Below, in pieces: positions 1-13,261 of a stretch of 64,000 nt of DNA. The notes under the pieces were generated by a model. It saw only the letters and a list, made by a program, of their open reading frames with translations. It made no database searches and was not told the origin of the DNA. The DNA comes from Alphaproteobacteria bacterium (GTDB lineage: Bacteria > Pseudomonadota > Alphaproteobacteria > Bin95). Location: NCBI GenBank assembly GCA_964291285.2, contig OZ219787.1, forward strand, positions 1,376,001-1,440,000, given 5' to 3'. Made by a program: the position numbers and the translations under genes. Each line of letters starts with the position of its first letter. The first letter of the stretch is position 1.

Positions 1-549
1 GGCGTTGACGCGGATGCCGTGGGGTGCGAGCCCCAGCGCGGTGGCGCGCGTCAGGCCGACGAGGCCGGCCTTCGAGGCGGCGTAATGCGCCCCGCGCGGA
101 GACGAGGTGAACGCCGACCGCGACGAGATGTTCACGATGGCGCCCTCCCGGCCGGCAGCGGCCATGCGCCGCGCCGCGGCCGACGAACAGAGGAACGGCC
201 CCTTCAGGTTCACCCCGAGGAGGCTGTCCCAGTCGGCTTCCGTCATGTCGAGAAAGGCCGTGCGCGGGAAGATCGCGGCATTGTTCACGAGAATATCGAC
301 GCCGCCGAGGCCGTCGCCCGCCGCCATGAGGCGCTCGACCTCCTCCGGCTGCGAAATGTCGGCCTGCACGGCCACCGCATCCGCGCCGGCCGCCTGCGCC
401 GATGCAGCGACCTCGGCGGCGGCCTCTTCATCGTCGAGATAGTTGACGATGACGGACGCGCCCGCTTCGGCCGCAGCCCGTGCAATGGCGGCTCCGATGC
501 CCTGTTGCGCGCCCGTGACGACGGCAACCCTGCCTGCAAGAGCGCCCAT
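1..549 (-). CDS. Short-chain dehydrogenase/reductase, 3' end outside the window
   Basis: Manual translation MGALAGRVAVVTGAQQGIG (TGxxxGIG), NNAA, YAASK; not in the supplied ORF list because it runs off the edge. Confidence 0.9.
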   Translation of the reverse strand, partial: MGALAGRVAVVTGAQQGIGAAIARAAAEAGASVIVNYLDDEEAAAEVAASAQAAGADAVAVQADISQPEEVERLMAAGDGLGGVDILVNNAAIFPRTAFLDMTEADWDSLLGVNLKGPFLCSSAAARRMAAAGREGAIVNISSRSAFTSSPRGAHYAASKAGLVGLTRATALGLAPHGIRVNA

Positions 550-823
550 CTGTCGAACCCTCCTGATTGCCCCCAATGTTGCGGGATATTTTGAACCTTC
601 TATACGGACTTGATTTTACTGGTTTTTTCTGGCCTCAGGCAAATCAAGCCTGTTTCCAGATAGCGGCCCGAGACCGGATCGATCCGAAAAGAGGCGTTGC
701 CGGCTCGCGCATGCCGACAAACGGTCCATCGCCCGAAGGTATCCGTTCGGGTTCCGGGGGATGGTATGCCTCCACGGATTTTCTGACTGGTAACTACTTC
801 GCGCATGCGCTACGGTCTCGCGC

Positions 824-2980
824 ATGGCGGTTTTCGACGCGGATTTCTGCACCGACCTGACGCTGGCCGAGGGGGACGACACCTTGTGGTCGCCTCCCAT
901 GGTGATGCCGGCGTGCGAGCCGCTCGACTGGGCGTCTGTGCTTGAAGAGGCAGAGGCGCGGATCGAGGAGGAACGGGGGCGCGCACGCGTGGCGGAGTTG
1001 CGCCGCGAGGAACTGCGCTGGTCGGAGAGGGACGCCTGTACGCGCGTGCGTTCTCTGGAGAGGCAGCTTGAGACTTGCCGGTTCAAGCTCAAGTTGGCCG
1101 TAACCAAGACCGCGTCGCGGGCCATGAAGGCGTTGGAGCGCAGGGTCGAGTATCAGGACGACGAGATCGTCGGTCTTTACCTCTCGTTGCGCCGGTCTCA
1201 CGAGCACCGGGAGCGGGTCGAGGCGCGCCACCGGGACGAGATCAACTGGTTGAAGCAGGACATCGACCGGGAGCGCTCGCGGCTCGCGAAGGTGCACCGC
1301 GAGGGCGAGCGTGTGGCCGAATCTCTGCGCGGGCGGTTCGACCGGCATCTCGCGGCGGCCAGGCGGCTGGTGGAGGCCCGGGAGGGCACGATCGCGTGGC
1401 TGCGCGCGCAACGACCGGCTGCGGGCGGCGGTCGTGCGGGCCACGGAGCTGATCGGGTCGCTGCGGGAGAAGAATGCCGGGCTGCGCGCCGAGGTGCGGG
1501 ATCTGAAGGGCGAGAACGCCGCGCTGGCCGTGCGGGTCGAGAAGCTGGAAGGCGACCTCGACAAGCTGCGCTCGACCCGCAGCGTCCTGTCGAAGGCGCT
1601 CTACGGCAGCAGGAGCGAGCGGCAGAAGAAGCCGGGCGCGAGCGCGGCCAGCAGCGCGGCGCCGCCGGGCACGGCCGCACCCGGCGCCCCGGGCTCAGGA
1701 AGAAGAAGGAGACGCGCGACCCGCCGGAAGATGCGCGGATCTGCCCGCGTTGCGGCAAGCCCTATGTCGCCAACGGCGAGCGGCGCACCACCCTCTTCGA
1801 GATCGATGTCGAGGCCTGCGAGCGCACCATCGTCCGGTCGCGCTGGCGCCGGGCTTGCGACTGCGCCTCCGCGCCGCGGGAGGTGGCCGCGCCGCCGGCG
1901 GTGCGACTGTTCGAGACCACGCCTTACGGGATCAGCGTCTGGACGTGCATGCTCTACGAACGGTTCGTCTGCTGCCGGCCGCTGCATCGGGTCGCGGCCT
2001 GGCTGGCCGACATGGGGCTGACGATCTCGCCGGGCACCCTGGCCGACAGCATCAAGCGCTTCGTGCCGCTGTTCGAGCCGCTGGCCGAGGCGATCCTTGC
2101 GCACCAGAACACCGCGGCCCTGCGCCATGCCGACGAAACATCCTGGCGCGTTCAGGCCTGGCGCGAGAAAGGCCGGTCGAGCCGCGCCTGGCTGTGGACC
2201 TCGGTGAGCCCGGACGCGGTCTATTACCACATCGATCCCTCGCGCAGCGCCGAGGTCGCGATGAAGCTGTTCGGTTCGACACAGGGCATCGTGGTTCTGG
2301 TCTGCGACCGGTTCAGCGCCTACAGAAAGCTGGCCCGCGAACTCGCCGGCAAGGTGATCCTGCAATGGTGCTGGGCGCACCAAAGGCGCTCGTTCATCGA
2401 CGGCGCGGCCGGGCGGGTGCGGCTCAGGCGCTGGTGCCAGAGATGGATCGAGCGGATCGCGGAGATCTACCGGCTCAACGAGGCGCGGCTGGAGCATTAC
2501 GACCCCGCTCACCCTCTCGAACGCCAGACGCCGGCGTTCGACGTCGCGCACGCCAGGCTGAAGAAGGCGGTCGACGAGCTGTTCGCGACCGCCGAAGCGG
2601 AACTGGCCGGGCTGACGGACAGGGCGCGCAGGGCCAGGCCGCTGCGCTCGCTCCTCAAGCACCGCGAGGGGCTGTGCGTCTTCGTCGACAAGCCGTTCGT
2701 GCCCATGGACAACAACCGCGGCGAACTCTCCCTGCGCTTCGCGGTCATCGGGCGACGGCTCTCGTTCGGCTCCGACAGCGAGAAAGGCGCCGGGTTCACG
2801 GCAACGATGTACTCGGTGGCCGGCACGCTGGCGATCAACGGCATCGACGTCCGGCGCTGGCTCGGTGAATGGCTGACCGCGTGCGCGGAGAACGGCGGCG
2901 AGCCGCCGGAAGACCTCTCGCCCTGGCTGCCGTGGTCGATGAGCGAGGCGCGCCGGCGCGAACTCGCGGCGGCGGGATGA
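824..2980 (+). CDS. IS66-family transposase with long N-terminal coiled coil; probable pair of compensating frameshifts at about 1410 and 1637
   Basis: CPRCG zinc finger, HADET, CDRFSAY, CWAHQRR, PMDNNRGE; the coiled coil/LYGSRSE segment lies in the alternative frame (ORF 1311..2021). Confidence 0.85.
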   Translation: MAVFDADFCTDLTLAEGDDTLWSPPMVMPACEPLDWASVLEEAEARIEEERGRARVAELRREELRWSERDACTRVRSLERQLETCRFKLKLAVTKTASRAMKALERRVEYQDDEIVGLYLSLRRSHEHRERVEARHRDEINWLKQDIDRERSRLAKVHREGERVAESLRGRFDRHLAAARRLVEAREGTIAWLRAQRPAAGGGRAGHGADRVAAGEECRAARRGAGSEGRERRAGRAGREAGRRPRQAALDPQRPVEGALRQQERAAEEAGRERGQQRGAAGHGRTRRPGLRKKKETRDPPEDARICPRCGKPYVANGERRTTLFEIDVEACERTIVRSRWRRACDCASAPREVAAPPAVRLFETTPYGISVWTCMLYERFVCCRPLHRVAAWLADMGLTISPGTLADSIKRFVPLFEPLAEAILAHQNTAALRHADETSWRVQAWREKGRSSRAWLWTSVSPDAVYYHIDPSRSAEVAMKLFGSTQGIVVLVCDRFSAYRKLARELAGKVILQWCWAHQRRSFIDGAAGRVRLRRWCQRWIERIAEIYRLNEARLEHYDPAHPLERQTPAFDVAHARLKKAVDELFATAEAELAGLTDRARRARPLRSLLKHREGLCVFVDKPFVPMDNNRGELSLRFAVIGRRLSFGSDSEKGAGFTATMYSVAGTLAINGIDVRRWLGEWLTACAENGGEPPEDLSPWLPWSMSEARRRELAAAG

Positions 2981-3858
2981 CCGGCGCGGTCGAGTGTCGC
3001 TATTACGGGCGCGACTTCACCGAAGATGAAATGGCGCTGCTGCGTGCCCTGATCGCCGATCCCGCCCCGCTCTCCCGCCGCGCCCTGTCGATCGAGTTCT
3101 GCCGGCGCATCGGCTGGCTCAAGCCCGACGGCGGACTGAAGGACATGATGGCCCGTGTCGCCATGCTCGCCATGCACAAGGACGGGCTCATCGAGCTGCC
3201 GCCGCCGAGGGGGCGGCAGCACCGGCCCAGGCCGGTCCAGTTCGGACCCGACACCGAACCGCCGCTGTTCCCGGCGCCCACGACCCTCGACGAGGTCCGC
3301 CCGCTCGACTTCCGCACCGTCGTGCACAGCACCCGCGAAGGCAGGCTCTGGAACGAGTTCATCGCCCGCTACCACTATCTCGGACACAAGACACTGGTCG
3401 GCGCCCAGATGCGCTATGCCGTCCACGACCGCAACGGCTGGCCCGTCGCCATGCTCGGCTTCTCCACCGCCGCATGGAAGCTCGCCCCGCGCGACCGCTT
3501 CATCGGATGGACGCCCGAACTGCGCGAAAAGAACCTTCCTCTCGTCGTCGACAACCCGCGCTTCCTGATCCTGCCCTGGATCGAGATCCCCAACCTCGGC
3601 TCGCACATCCTCGCCATCGTGCGCCGCCGCCTGCCCATCGACTGGACCGGGCGCTACAACATCACGCCGGTGCTCATCGAGACCTTCGTCGAAACGCCCC
3701 GCTACACCGGTGCCGTATACCGCGCATCGGGCTGGACCCGCGTCGGGACCACCCAGGGCCGGGGACGCTACGACAGGCACAACAAACGAGACCAGCCGAA
3801 AAAGGACATCTGGCTCCGCACACTGCGAAAAGACTGGCAACGCACCCTCAATCGGTAG
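2977..3858 (+). CDS. DUF4338 (Druantia DruA-like) domain protein
   Basis: WNEFIARYHYLG, RDRFIGW, NPRFLILPW, NLGSHIL, ETFVE...YRASGW..VG.TQGRG; ATGA overlap with transposase stop. Confidence 0.85.
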   Translation: MTGAVECRYYGRDFTEDEMALLRALIADPAPLSRRALSIEFCRRIGWLKPDGGLKDMMARVAMLAMHKDGLIELPPPRGRQHRPRPVQFGPDTEPPLFPAPTTLDEVRPLDFRTVVHSTREGRLWNEFIARYHYLGHKTLVGAQMRYAVHDRNGWPVAMLGFSTAAWKLAPRDRFIGWTPELREKNLPLVVDNPRFLILPWIEIPNLGSHILAIVRRRLPIDWTGRYNITPVLIETFVETPRYTGAVYRASGWTRVGTTQGRGRYDRHNKRDQPKKDIWLRTLRKDWQRTLNR

Positions 3859-3937
3859 AAGCACAACCGTCGCCCCGGTGTGAAAATGCCGACAAGCGGA
3901 TAACCCAATCCTCATCCCCAGGAACCCGAACGGATAC

Positions 3938-4504
3938 GTCGAAGGTGATGTGCCCGGACGACTCGCCTTGCGGCGCATGGACCAGACGGATGCGCTCGTC
4001 GGTGCAGAGCAGGCCCGTCGGAACGCCGGTTTCCCGCAGCAACCGTTCGAACCGGGCATGACGGCTCGCATTCCAGCCGGCATCGTCGGGCGGTTGGTCG
4101 AAATCGGCGCCCTCGTCCTCCCTCCGGACGAGCATCGTCCATTCTGCGTCCGCGTCCCGATCGCCCGGTACCGCCCAGGTGGGGGCGAGCATGACCTGCA
4201 ACTCCGGCAAGGCAATCTCGAGCGTCTCGCGATGATCGGACGCACTCACGAGATCGCCGTCCTCCCAGCCCAACCAATCCGTGAACACCCGGCGCAGATC
4301 GGGCGCTCGCCAGCGGACCGTGGCGCCCTCCCCATCCTCCTCGAGCAGTGCGCGAAAGTCGCGCTGGCGCCCCGAGACATTGCGGTCGGGGACCACCTGG
4401 GCGTCGACCATGACGGTCGGCGCGACGACGAGGCCCACCGGCTGAACGAAACCGAGCCATTCCTGATGGGCGAAGATCAGTTTGCCGCGTTCGCGATCCG
4501 CCAT
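3938..4504 (-). pseudogene. drmMI: N-terminal fragment of DISARM DrmMI-like adenine methyltransferase, truncated by the IS66 end
   Basis: HQEWLGFVQPVGLVV start, RFERLLRETGVPTGLL, RLVHAPQGESSG; directly downstream of drmD-like gene; homology stops at IR 3937. Confidence 0.65.
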
Positions 4505-4507
4505 GGT

Positions 4508-6885
4508 CTACCCCGTTCGCGGCCAGAGGTAGACGAGACCGAGCGGATCGACACGGACGGCGCGCACCTTGTACGCATCCGCGATCCGGGCCGGCTCGGT
4601 CTCAAGCTCGGTCTCGATGGCTTCCAGGCGCCGCGTCCAGGCCCGGCGGTCGGCTTCGCGCTGGCGCCGTTCGGCCTCGTCGAAATCGAACATCATCTGC
4701 CGGTCTTCCCTGCCGGCCGCCTCGGCGATCCTCCTGCGCTGGCGCTTGAGCAAATCGATCATGCTGTACTGTTCGGTTTTCGACCGTTGGGCAAGCCGTT
4801 CCTTCGCAAGCTCCGCGAAGTCGTCTGGCGGCGCTCCAGATGCGGAAGCAGATCGGCGATATCGGTTGGCGCCGAAGCCGCGAGACGCGTCCGGACCGGA
4901 TCGGGCACGCTGTTCCGCCCGGCTTCGTCGAGCGCCGTCTGCAAGGAAGCCAGGGTCGTCTGCTCGCCGGCCCGGCCGTAAGGCGCAAGTGCGTTCTGTC
5001 GCTGCACGGGATCGATCCAGCGCGCCGTCACCGGCACGATCTCCTCGTGCAGGCGTGCGGCGCATGGTCCGTAGACGGCGAGCCGGCCGAGCAGCACAAC
5101 GCGCGGGATTGCATTCGGGGCGACCGTAAGACAGGCCTTGGACAAGTCGTGGTGGATCAGGCCCTGCGCGGCGAACCGGCCAAGCAGGCGCCGGACCACA
5201 CGGTGTTCGAGATGCAGGTGCACGGCGTTTTCGCCAAGACGTCCGGTGTCTTCGAAAGCCACGGGCCGGATGGCCGCCCGACGGCGCCACGCGCCCAGGG
5301 ACTCGCCGCTCTGCCGTCGCGCGCGCAGAGAATCAAGTGCTGCGGTCCAGCCGGGATCGCTCGCAAGCGCACGGTCGGCGGCGGGAAAGACGAAGCGGCG
5401 CGGAGCGTCAGACACCGGCTTCTCCTGCCCGTCGGTCTCGGCGATTGCGGGAGCCCCGGCGAGCTCCAGGCTCATCGACAGGGCCTGACGGAACTGCGGC
5501 GCGGTAAGACCGATATGGGTGCGCGACCGCTCCAGGCGGGTGCGCAGGCTATCCACGTCCTCGCGCAGCCTGTCCTGGCGCAGACGCGCGTCCTCGAGCT
5601 CGTCCTCGACGGTGCGCCGCCGTTCTCCGGCCGACAGGTCCCGGATGGAGGCTGCGAGACCATCGATCCCGTCGCGGCGCATGCCTTCCTTGCCGATGGT
5701 CCGTGCAATGCGCGCTTCGAGCACCTTCGCGGCGCTGCCAAGCTCCTCGCGAATGCGTTCCACCTTGTTCACCAGCACCTGCAGGACACGGTCTTCCGGC
5801 CGTTGGACAAAGACGAAGTACCGGCAGAACACTTCGTCGGCGGGCTGCAGCTTGCGATCGATGCGGCCGTTGCGCTGGTCGAGACGGCTCGGGTTCCAGG
5901 GCAGGTCGAAGTGAAACAGATCATGACAGTGGCGCTGCAGATTGAGGCCCTCCCGTGCCGCGTCGGTGGCGATGAGAATGCGCAACGGGTGGTCGCCCGG
6001 CTCGGCATTGAAGGCGTGCTTGACGTTTTCCCGCCTGTGCCGGGAGGTCGTCCCCGTGAAGGTCGCGATCCGTTCGCCCGCCTTGTCAGAATGCGCGATG
6101 GCCTCGTTCAGGCAGCGCTCGAGCCAACGGCGCGTGTCCTCGTATTCGGTGAAGATGAGGAGGCGGCGCTCGTTCCACTGCGGAGGCCCGGCCCCGAGCG
6201 CGGATCGAACCGGGCACATGTTGGCGTCGACCCACTCGATGATCCTGTGTACGCGCGGGTCGGCGTCATGGCGTCTTGCCTCGGCGACCTCGCGCATCTC
6301 GTCGACGAGCGCGAGTTCGCGCATCAATGCGGTCCGTGCTTCCGCGCGTCGGCTGTCGGTCGATAGCGCTGTCGCCGCCGCCATCAGCTCGGCGAAGTCG
6401 AGTTCCGAAGGATCGGATCGTTCCGGATCGTCGGGCGCTTCGGCTTCGATATCGCCGTCACCACCGGTTGTGCCGTCGCCCGTTTCCTCGCCGACGATCA
6501 GCCGTTCGAAGTCGGCCTGCAAGTCGTTGGAAACCGCGATGGCTTCGGTGGATCGCTCCAGCGCGCGTTCCACGCTCCTGCGATGTACCGCGAGCGTCTT
6601 CGCGAAGGCCTCGATGGACGACAGCAGACGCTTTTGCAGCCCGCCGATCACCAGCGCGCCCGCAGCCTGCTTGGATCGTGTCTCGTCCTTCAGACGCTTT
6701 TCCCGCTCGGCCCGGTAGGCGTCGAGCATTCCTGGCAGGACGAGTTCGGGCGCGACCGGCGGCAGACCGTCGATCTTGACCGGAACCACGGTACGCCTGG
6801 GAAAGCCGCCTTCGAGATCCCGGATATCGGACTTGAGGCGGCGGACCAGCACTTCGTCGAGTTGTCCCTTCAGCACACGGACCCC
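4508..6885 (-). pseudogene. drmD: C-terminal part of DISARM SNF2-like helicase, 5'-truncated and frameshifted near 4830
   Basis: VRRLKSDI, LLIFTEYEDT, ATDAAREGLNLQ, DLPWNPSRLDQRNGRIDR; C-terminus GLVYLWP in second frame; Walker A/B half missing. Confidence 0.75.
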
Positions 6886-7002
6886 CCACCTTTGGTGCTA
6901 ACCATCTGACATGATTGTGGATTTTCTCCGTTTCCGGTGCAACCGGGCGCGGCATCGAACCCGGTCTTGCACGGGAGTGCAACAGATCGGGGAGCCGCAA
7001 TC

Positions 7003-8130
7003 TTGGCAGCCATCCGCCTCACCCAGCGCCGGGTCGATACCCTCCGGCCCCGCAAGTCCGTCCGCAATGTCCGGGACGCCGGACTGAAGGGCTACGGCGT
7101 GCGCGTCATGCCTTCGGGCGCGAAGCGCTACTTCATCCACAGCCAGCACCGGGGCCACCGGGTCTGGAAGATCGTCGGCGACGCGGCGGTCATGACCGAG
7201 GCCGACGCGCGCGCCCGCGCCCGGTCCATGCTGGCCGCTCTCCGCGACGACAGGGACATCGAAGCGGAAGCGTCCGGGGCCGCGCTGTTCGAGACCGTCG
7301 CCGAGGAGGTCTTCACGCGCTACGGCAGGCGCTGGAAGCCGCGCACGCTCGCCGTCAACCGCTGCTATCTCCACAACCAGATCCTGCCCTTCTTCGCGGG
7401 CCGACCGATCGCGGAGATCGACCGCGAGGAGGTGCAGCATTGGTTCCGCTCGCTGCATGCCACCCCGGCGGCGGCGAACCGGTCGGCGCCGATCCTGTCC
7501 GTCATCATGCAGCAGGCCGAAGCCTGGGGGTATCGCCCCGATGGCGGCAATCCCTGCAAGGGCATCCGGCGCTACCGGCAGAAGCGGTCGGAGCGCTTCC
7601 TGTCCCCGGAGGAATACCGCCGCCTCGGCAGGGCGCTGGACCGCCATGAGGCCCGGCAGCCCTTCCGGGTCGCGGCGCTCCGCCTGCTTCTGCTGACCGG
7701 CTGCCGCAAGTCGGAGATCGTCACCCTGGAATGGCGCTTCTACCGCGATGGCAGGCTCTACCTGGTTGATTCCAAAACCGGTCCCCGCACGGTCTGGCTT
7801 TGCGAGGCGGCGCGGGAGGTCCTCGACGGGCTGCCGCGTTCGTCGCGTTTCGTGTTCCCCATCGGAGACCGTCGCACGCCCTGGAGCTGGCTGGACGCCT
7901 TCTGGATGCAGTTGCGCGCCGAGGCGGGCCTCGAGGACATGCGCCTGCATGACATGCGCCACAGCTACGCCAGCATGGCGCTGTCGGGCGGCGAGACGAT
8001 CCGCACGGTGGGCCGGCTGCTGGGCCATGAGAAAGCGGCGACCACGCTGAAATACGCGCATCTCTCCGACGCGACGGTCAGGGAGACGGTCGAGGCGCTG
8101 GCGCCACTGCTCTCGGGAGCACAGTCGTGA
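7003..8130 (+). CDS. Tyrosine recombinase/integrase with arm-binding N-terminus (pair 1, gene A)
   Basis: TGCRKSE, DSKTG, HDMRH, LLGH, KYAH catalytic motifs; TTG start after GGGGAG. Confidence 0.9.
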   Translation: MAAIRLTQRRVDTLRPRKSVRNVRDAGLKGYGVRVMPSGAKRYFIHSQHRGHRVWKIVGDAAVMTEADARARARSMLAALRDDRDIEAEASGAALFETVAEEVFTRYGRRWKPRTLAVNRCYLHNQILPFFAGRPIAEIDREEVQHWFRSLHATPAAANRSAPILSVIMQQAEAWGYRPDGGNPCKGIRRYRQKRSERFLSPEEYRRLGRALDRHEARQPFRVAALRLLLLTGCRKSEIVTLEWRFYRDGRLYLVDSKTGPRTVWLCEAAREVLDGLPRSSRFVFPIGDRRTPWSWLDAFWMQLRAEAGLEDMRLHDMRHSYASMALSGGETIRTVGRLLGHEKAATTLKYAHLSDATVRETVEALAPLLSGAQS

Positions 8131-9241
8131 CGGGCAGGGCAAGGAAGGTCCGCCTGACGGATGCAGGCGTCGCAAGATTGAAGCCCGGCAGCACCGAATA
8201 CATCGTCAGGGACATTCGGGTTGCCGGTCTGGGCGTGCGGGTCCGTCCGTCCGGACATCGCGGTTTCGTGTGGCACGGGACCGTGAACGGCAGGATGGTG
8301 CGGACGACCGTAGGCGCGGTCGCGCTGATGACGGTGGAGGAAGCCCGGGTCGCATGCCGGGCCCTGCTGGACGGCTCGCATCCGCTCTGCGCCGCAGACC
8401 CTGCCGCCCGGACTGCCGTTCCCCTCTTCCGGGATTTCGTCATGGAGGACTGGTTGCCGGCACGCCGGGGTCATTGCAGCCCGGCCTGGGGCGAGCGCGT
8501 GGAGCATGTGATCCGGCACCGGCTTCTGCCCGCCTTCGGGGCGCTTCGCCTCGACCGCATCGCCAGGCCCCATGTCGAGCGCTGGTTCGACGCCATGAGC
8601 CGCAAGACGCCGGGCGCCGCCAACATGACGCTCGCCGTGTTGCGCCAGATCGTGACCGCCGCCAGGGCCGCTGGCCATGTCGGCGCCGATCCTGCCGCAG
8701 GCGTCAGGCCGAACCCGGGCCGGAAGATGACCCGCTTCCTGTCCGCAGAAGAGATCGCCAAGCTTCACCGTACCCTGGACCGGCTGGTGCGGGAACGGCC
8801 CTCGCGCCGCCCGCAGGCCGACATCATCCGCCTGCTGCTGCTGACCGGCTGCCGAAAAAGCGAAATCCTGACACTTCGATGGTCGGAGGTCGATGGCGAC
8901 GTGCTCAGGCTGGCGGAGACCAAGACGGGGCCGCGCACGGTATGGCTGAGCGGGGCGGCGCAGGCCGTGATCGTCCGCCAACCGCGAAACGGAAGCGCCT
9001 TCGTGTTTCCCTCGCCCGGAGACCCGGCAAGGCCGCAATCCGGCAATCTCGGCCTCTGGCTCCTGGCAAGGCGGGAAGCGGGCATCAAGGATGTCCGCCT
9101 GCACGATTTGCGCCATACCGTCGCAAGCCAGGCCGTGGCCCGCGGCGTGCCGCTGTGCGGCGCGACAATCAACTTGAGACTTCCGCGTCAATCAGGATGA
9201 GACGAGGGAAGGCGGCGGCCCGGAACGGAGGGAGGGCGTAG

Positions 9242-11691
<2,450 letters not shown>

Positions 11692-12422
11692 CCCGAGGCC
11701 ACCAGCTCGGCCGAACTGCCCTCACACTCACGGCCCGCGGGGATCGCCTCCGCGGGCCGCTTCATCTCCGGCCCACCGGACCGCCGCGACAATCAAAAAT
11801 CCTCGGAACCTGTCGCGCCGCGACAATCAAAACCAAAAACCGCTTGCAATCCCCGCCGCGCGACACAATCCTCTCCCTCGTCGCTGCCGCCGGGAATCTC
11901 ATCCTGATTGACGCGCGGCTCTCATCCAGATTGTCGCGCTATACCGCTGCCCACCGTCGCCCGGATGCTCGGTCATGCGCAGCCGACCATGACGCTCAGA
12001 TACGCCCATGTCGGGGATCATGAGGTCGAGGACGCCGCAGAGCGCATCGGGACGAGAATCGCGGCGGCCATGACAGCGCGCTGAAGACCCCCTTGCCGAA
12101 CATGCGTGGTCTCCCGGGCTGCGGCTGGCTTGACCATGAGGAGGTGGACCGGGCGGCATCGGAGGTAGAAGGCCGGCTGGATTCGCTCGGGTCTCCGGGT
12201 CCGGAGCGGCCGGGTTTCCGCTCCCTCACGCGGTCGAAGGACCCGTATCTGGCGATCCGTCCGGTTACGGATGAGCGTTCGCGCCTCCCGGCCGATCTGA
12301 GGTCGGAGACCGGGGTCGTGGTGAGGCGCGGGAATGAGTAGAAGATGTCGCCATCGGCCTGCGGCCCTTGTTCCCTCCACCGGCGCTGGCGGTGTTGTGT
12401 CTGCCTTGGCGGTTGGGGCGGT

Positions 12423-12902
12423 TCATCCCCCCCCCCCCCGCGCCAGCGGGGAACGCGCAATGAAGAGCATGAGTTCGGCCAAGGTGGACGGTTCATCCCC
12501 GCGCCAGCGGGGAACGCACTGCCACGGCTGGACCGTCTGCGCCGGCGGACGATACCCGCGAATCCGGGCCTTGGCGTGCCCGTGCATGACCGGATTTTCG
12601 ACGCAGACCCGCGGGATCGGGGCATTCAGGAATTCGGCGAACAGAGCGCAGGCATCCTGAAGCTCGCTCCAGAGATTGCACTCATGCAGCCAGCGCACGC
12701 CGCTGTTGGCCAGCCGCGTGCATGGCGGATGGGCGATCAGCATATCCCACTCGCCGGAGAGCAGGTCGCGCGCATCGCCGACAATGTGACGCTCGGGGCG
12801 GCCCTCTGTCTCCTCCAGGTCGCAGGACCAAGCGTCATGGCCGCGCCGGAGGAAGGCATCGCGGACGGTGCCGGAGTACTCGCAGGCGACCAAGACCCTC
12901 AT
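12423..12902 (-). pseudogene. Phage-like C5 cytosine methyltransferase N-terminal part (about 128 codons) inside the long spacer; frame reads on through repeat and spacer
   Basis: MRVLVACEYSG, AWSCDL, IAHPPCT (motif IV PC), ENP (motif VI); recognisable homology ends at QPWQ, exactly at repeat 12517. Confidence 0.7.
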
Positions 12903-13261
12903 TCCTGGCCGCCGAAGGGCTCATCGTGCTGCATATCCCGCGCATGCATCCAAGTGTCGTGCAGGCACTCCATATAGGGCTCGTCATACGGCTTTTTGGC
13001 CGCCGCAGCGTGTTTGAAATTGTCGTAGACGATGTCGGCCACCGCATTGGCGAGCAACTCTGCGAACTCCTTCCGGTGCAGCGTGGTGCGCCAAGCATAG
13101 TCGGCCTTTGGCGTGTGCTCAATCTCGTAGGGGTTTGTCGGCAAGTAGGCGGCGAGGACGGCGGTCAAGTGGGCTTCCGTGCGCGCCCGCACCAGCAGCA
13201 TGTCCTCATGCTCCCGGTGTTGCACTACAGAGATAAAGCCGAAGGGTGTGTAGAGCCACAT
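12899..13261 (-). CDS. Complete 120-aa phage-like hypothetical protein inside the long spacer
   Basis: MWLYTPFGFISVV...LLVRAR...ADYAWR...YDNFK; GGGAG upstream; ATGA coupling to the next ORF. Confidence 0.7.
   Translation of the reverse strand: MWLYTPFGFISVVQHREHEDMLLVRARTEAHLTAVLAAYLPTNPYEIEHTPKADYAWRTTLHRKEFAELLANAVADIVYDNFKHAAAAKKPYDEPYMECLHDTWMHARDMQHDEPFGGQE

Larger units (their letters stand above)
739..3937 (+). mobile_element. IS66-family element with DUF4338 passenger gene
   Basis: 25-bp terminal inverted repeats gtatccgttcgggttccgggggatg (739-763) and catccccaggaacccgaacggatac (3913-3937), 1 mismatch; no matching target duplication. Confidence 0.85.

Noticed and set aside
2977-3858. 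Druantia defence system
   Set aside because: Only the DruA-like domain is present, inside IS ends; no DruE helicase or other dru genes
6875-6895. cccccacc at the drmD/integrase junction as a tRNA 3' end
   Set aside because: No T-loop or cloverleaf; no tRNA or rRNA gene recognised anywhere in the window
12310-12418. Possible extra degenerate repeats beyond 12419
   Set aside because: No match at the expected 61-bp spacing; ggcgcgggaatga is short and on the opposite strand
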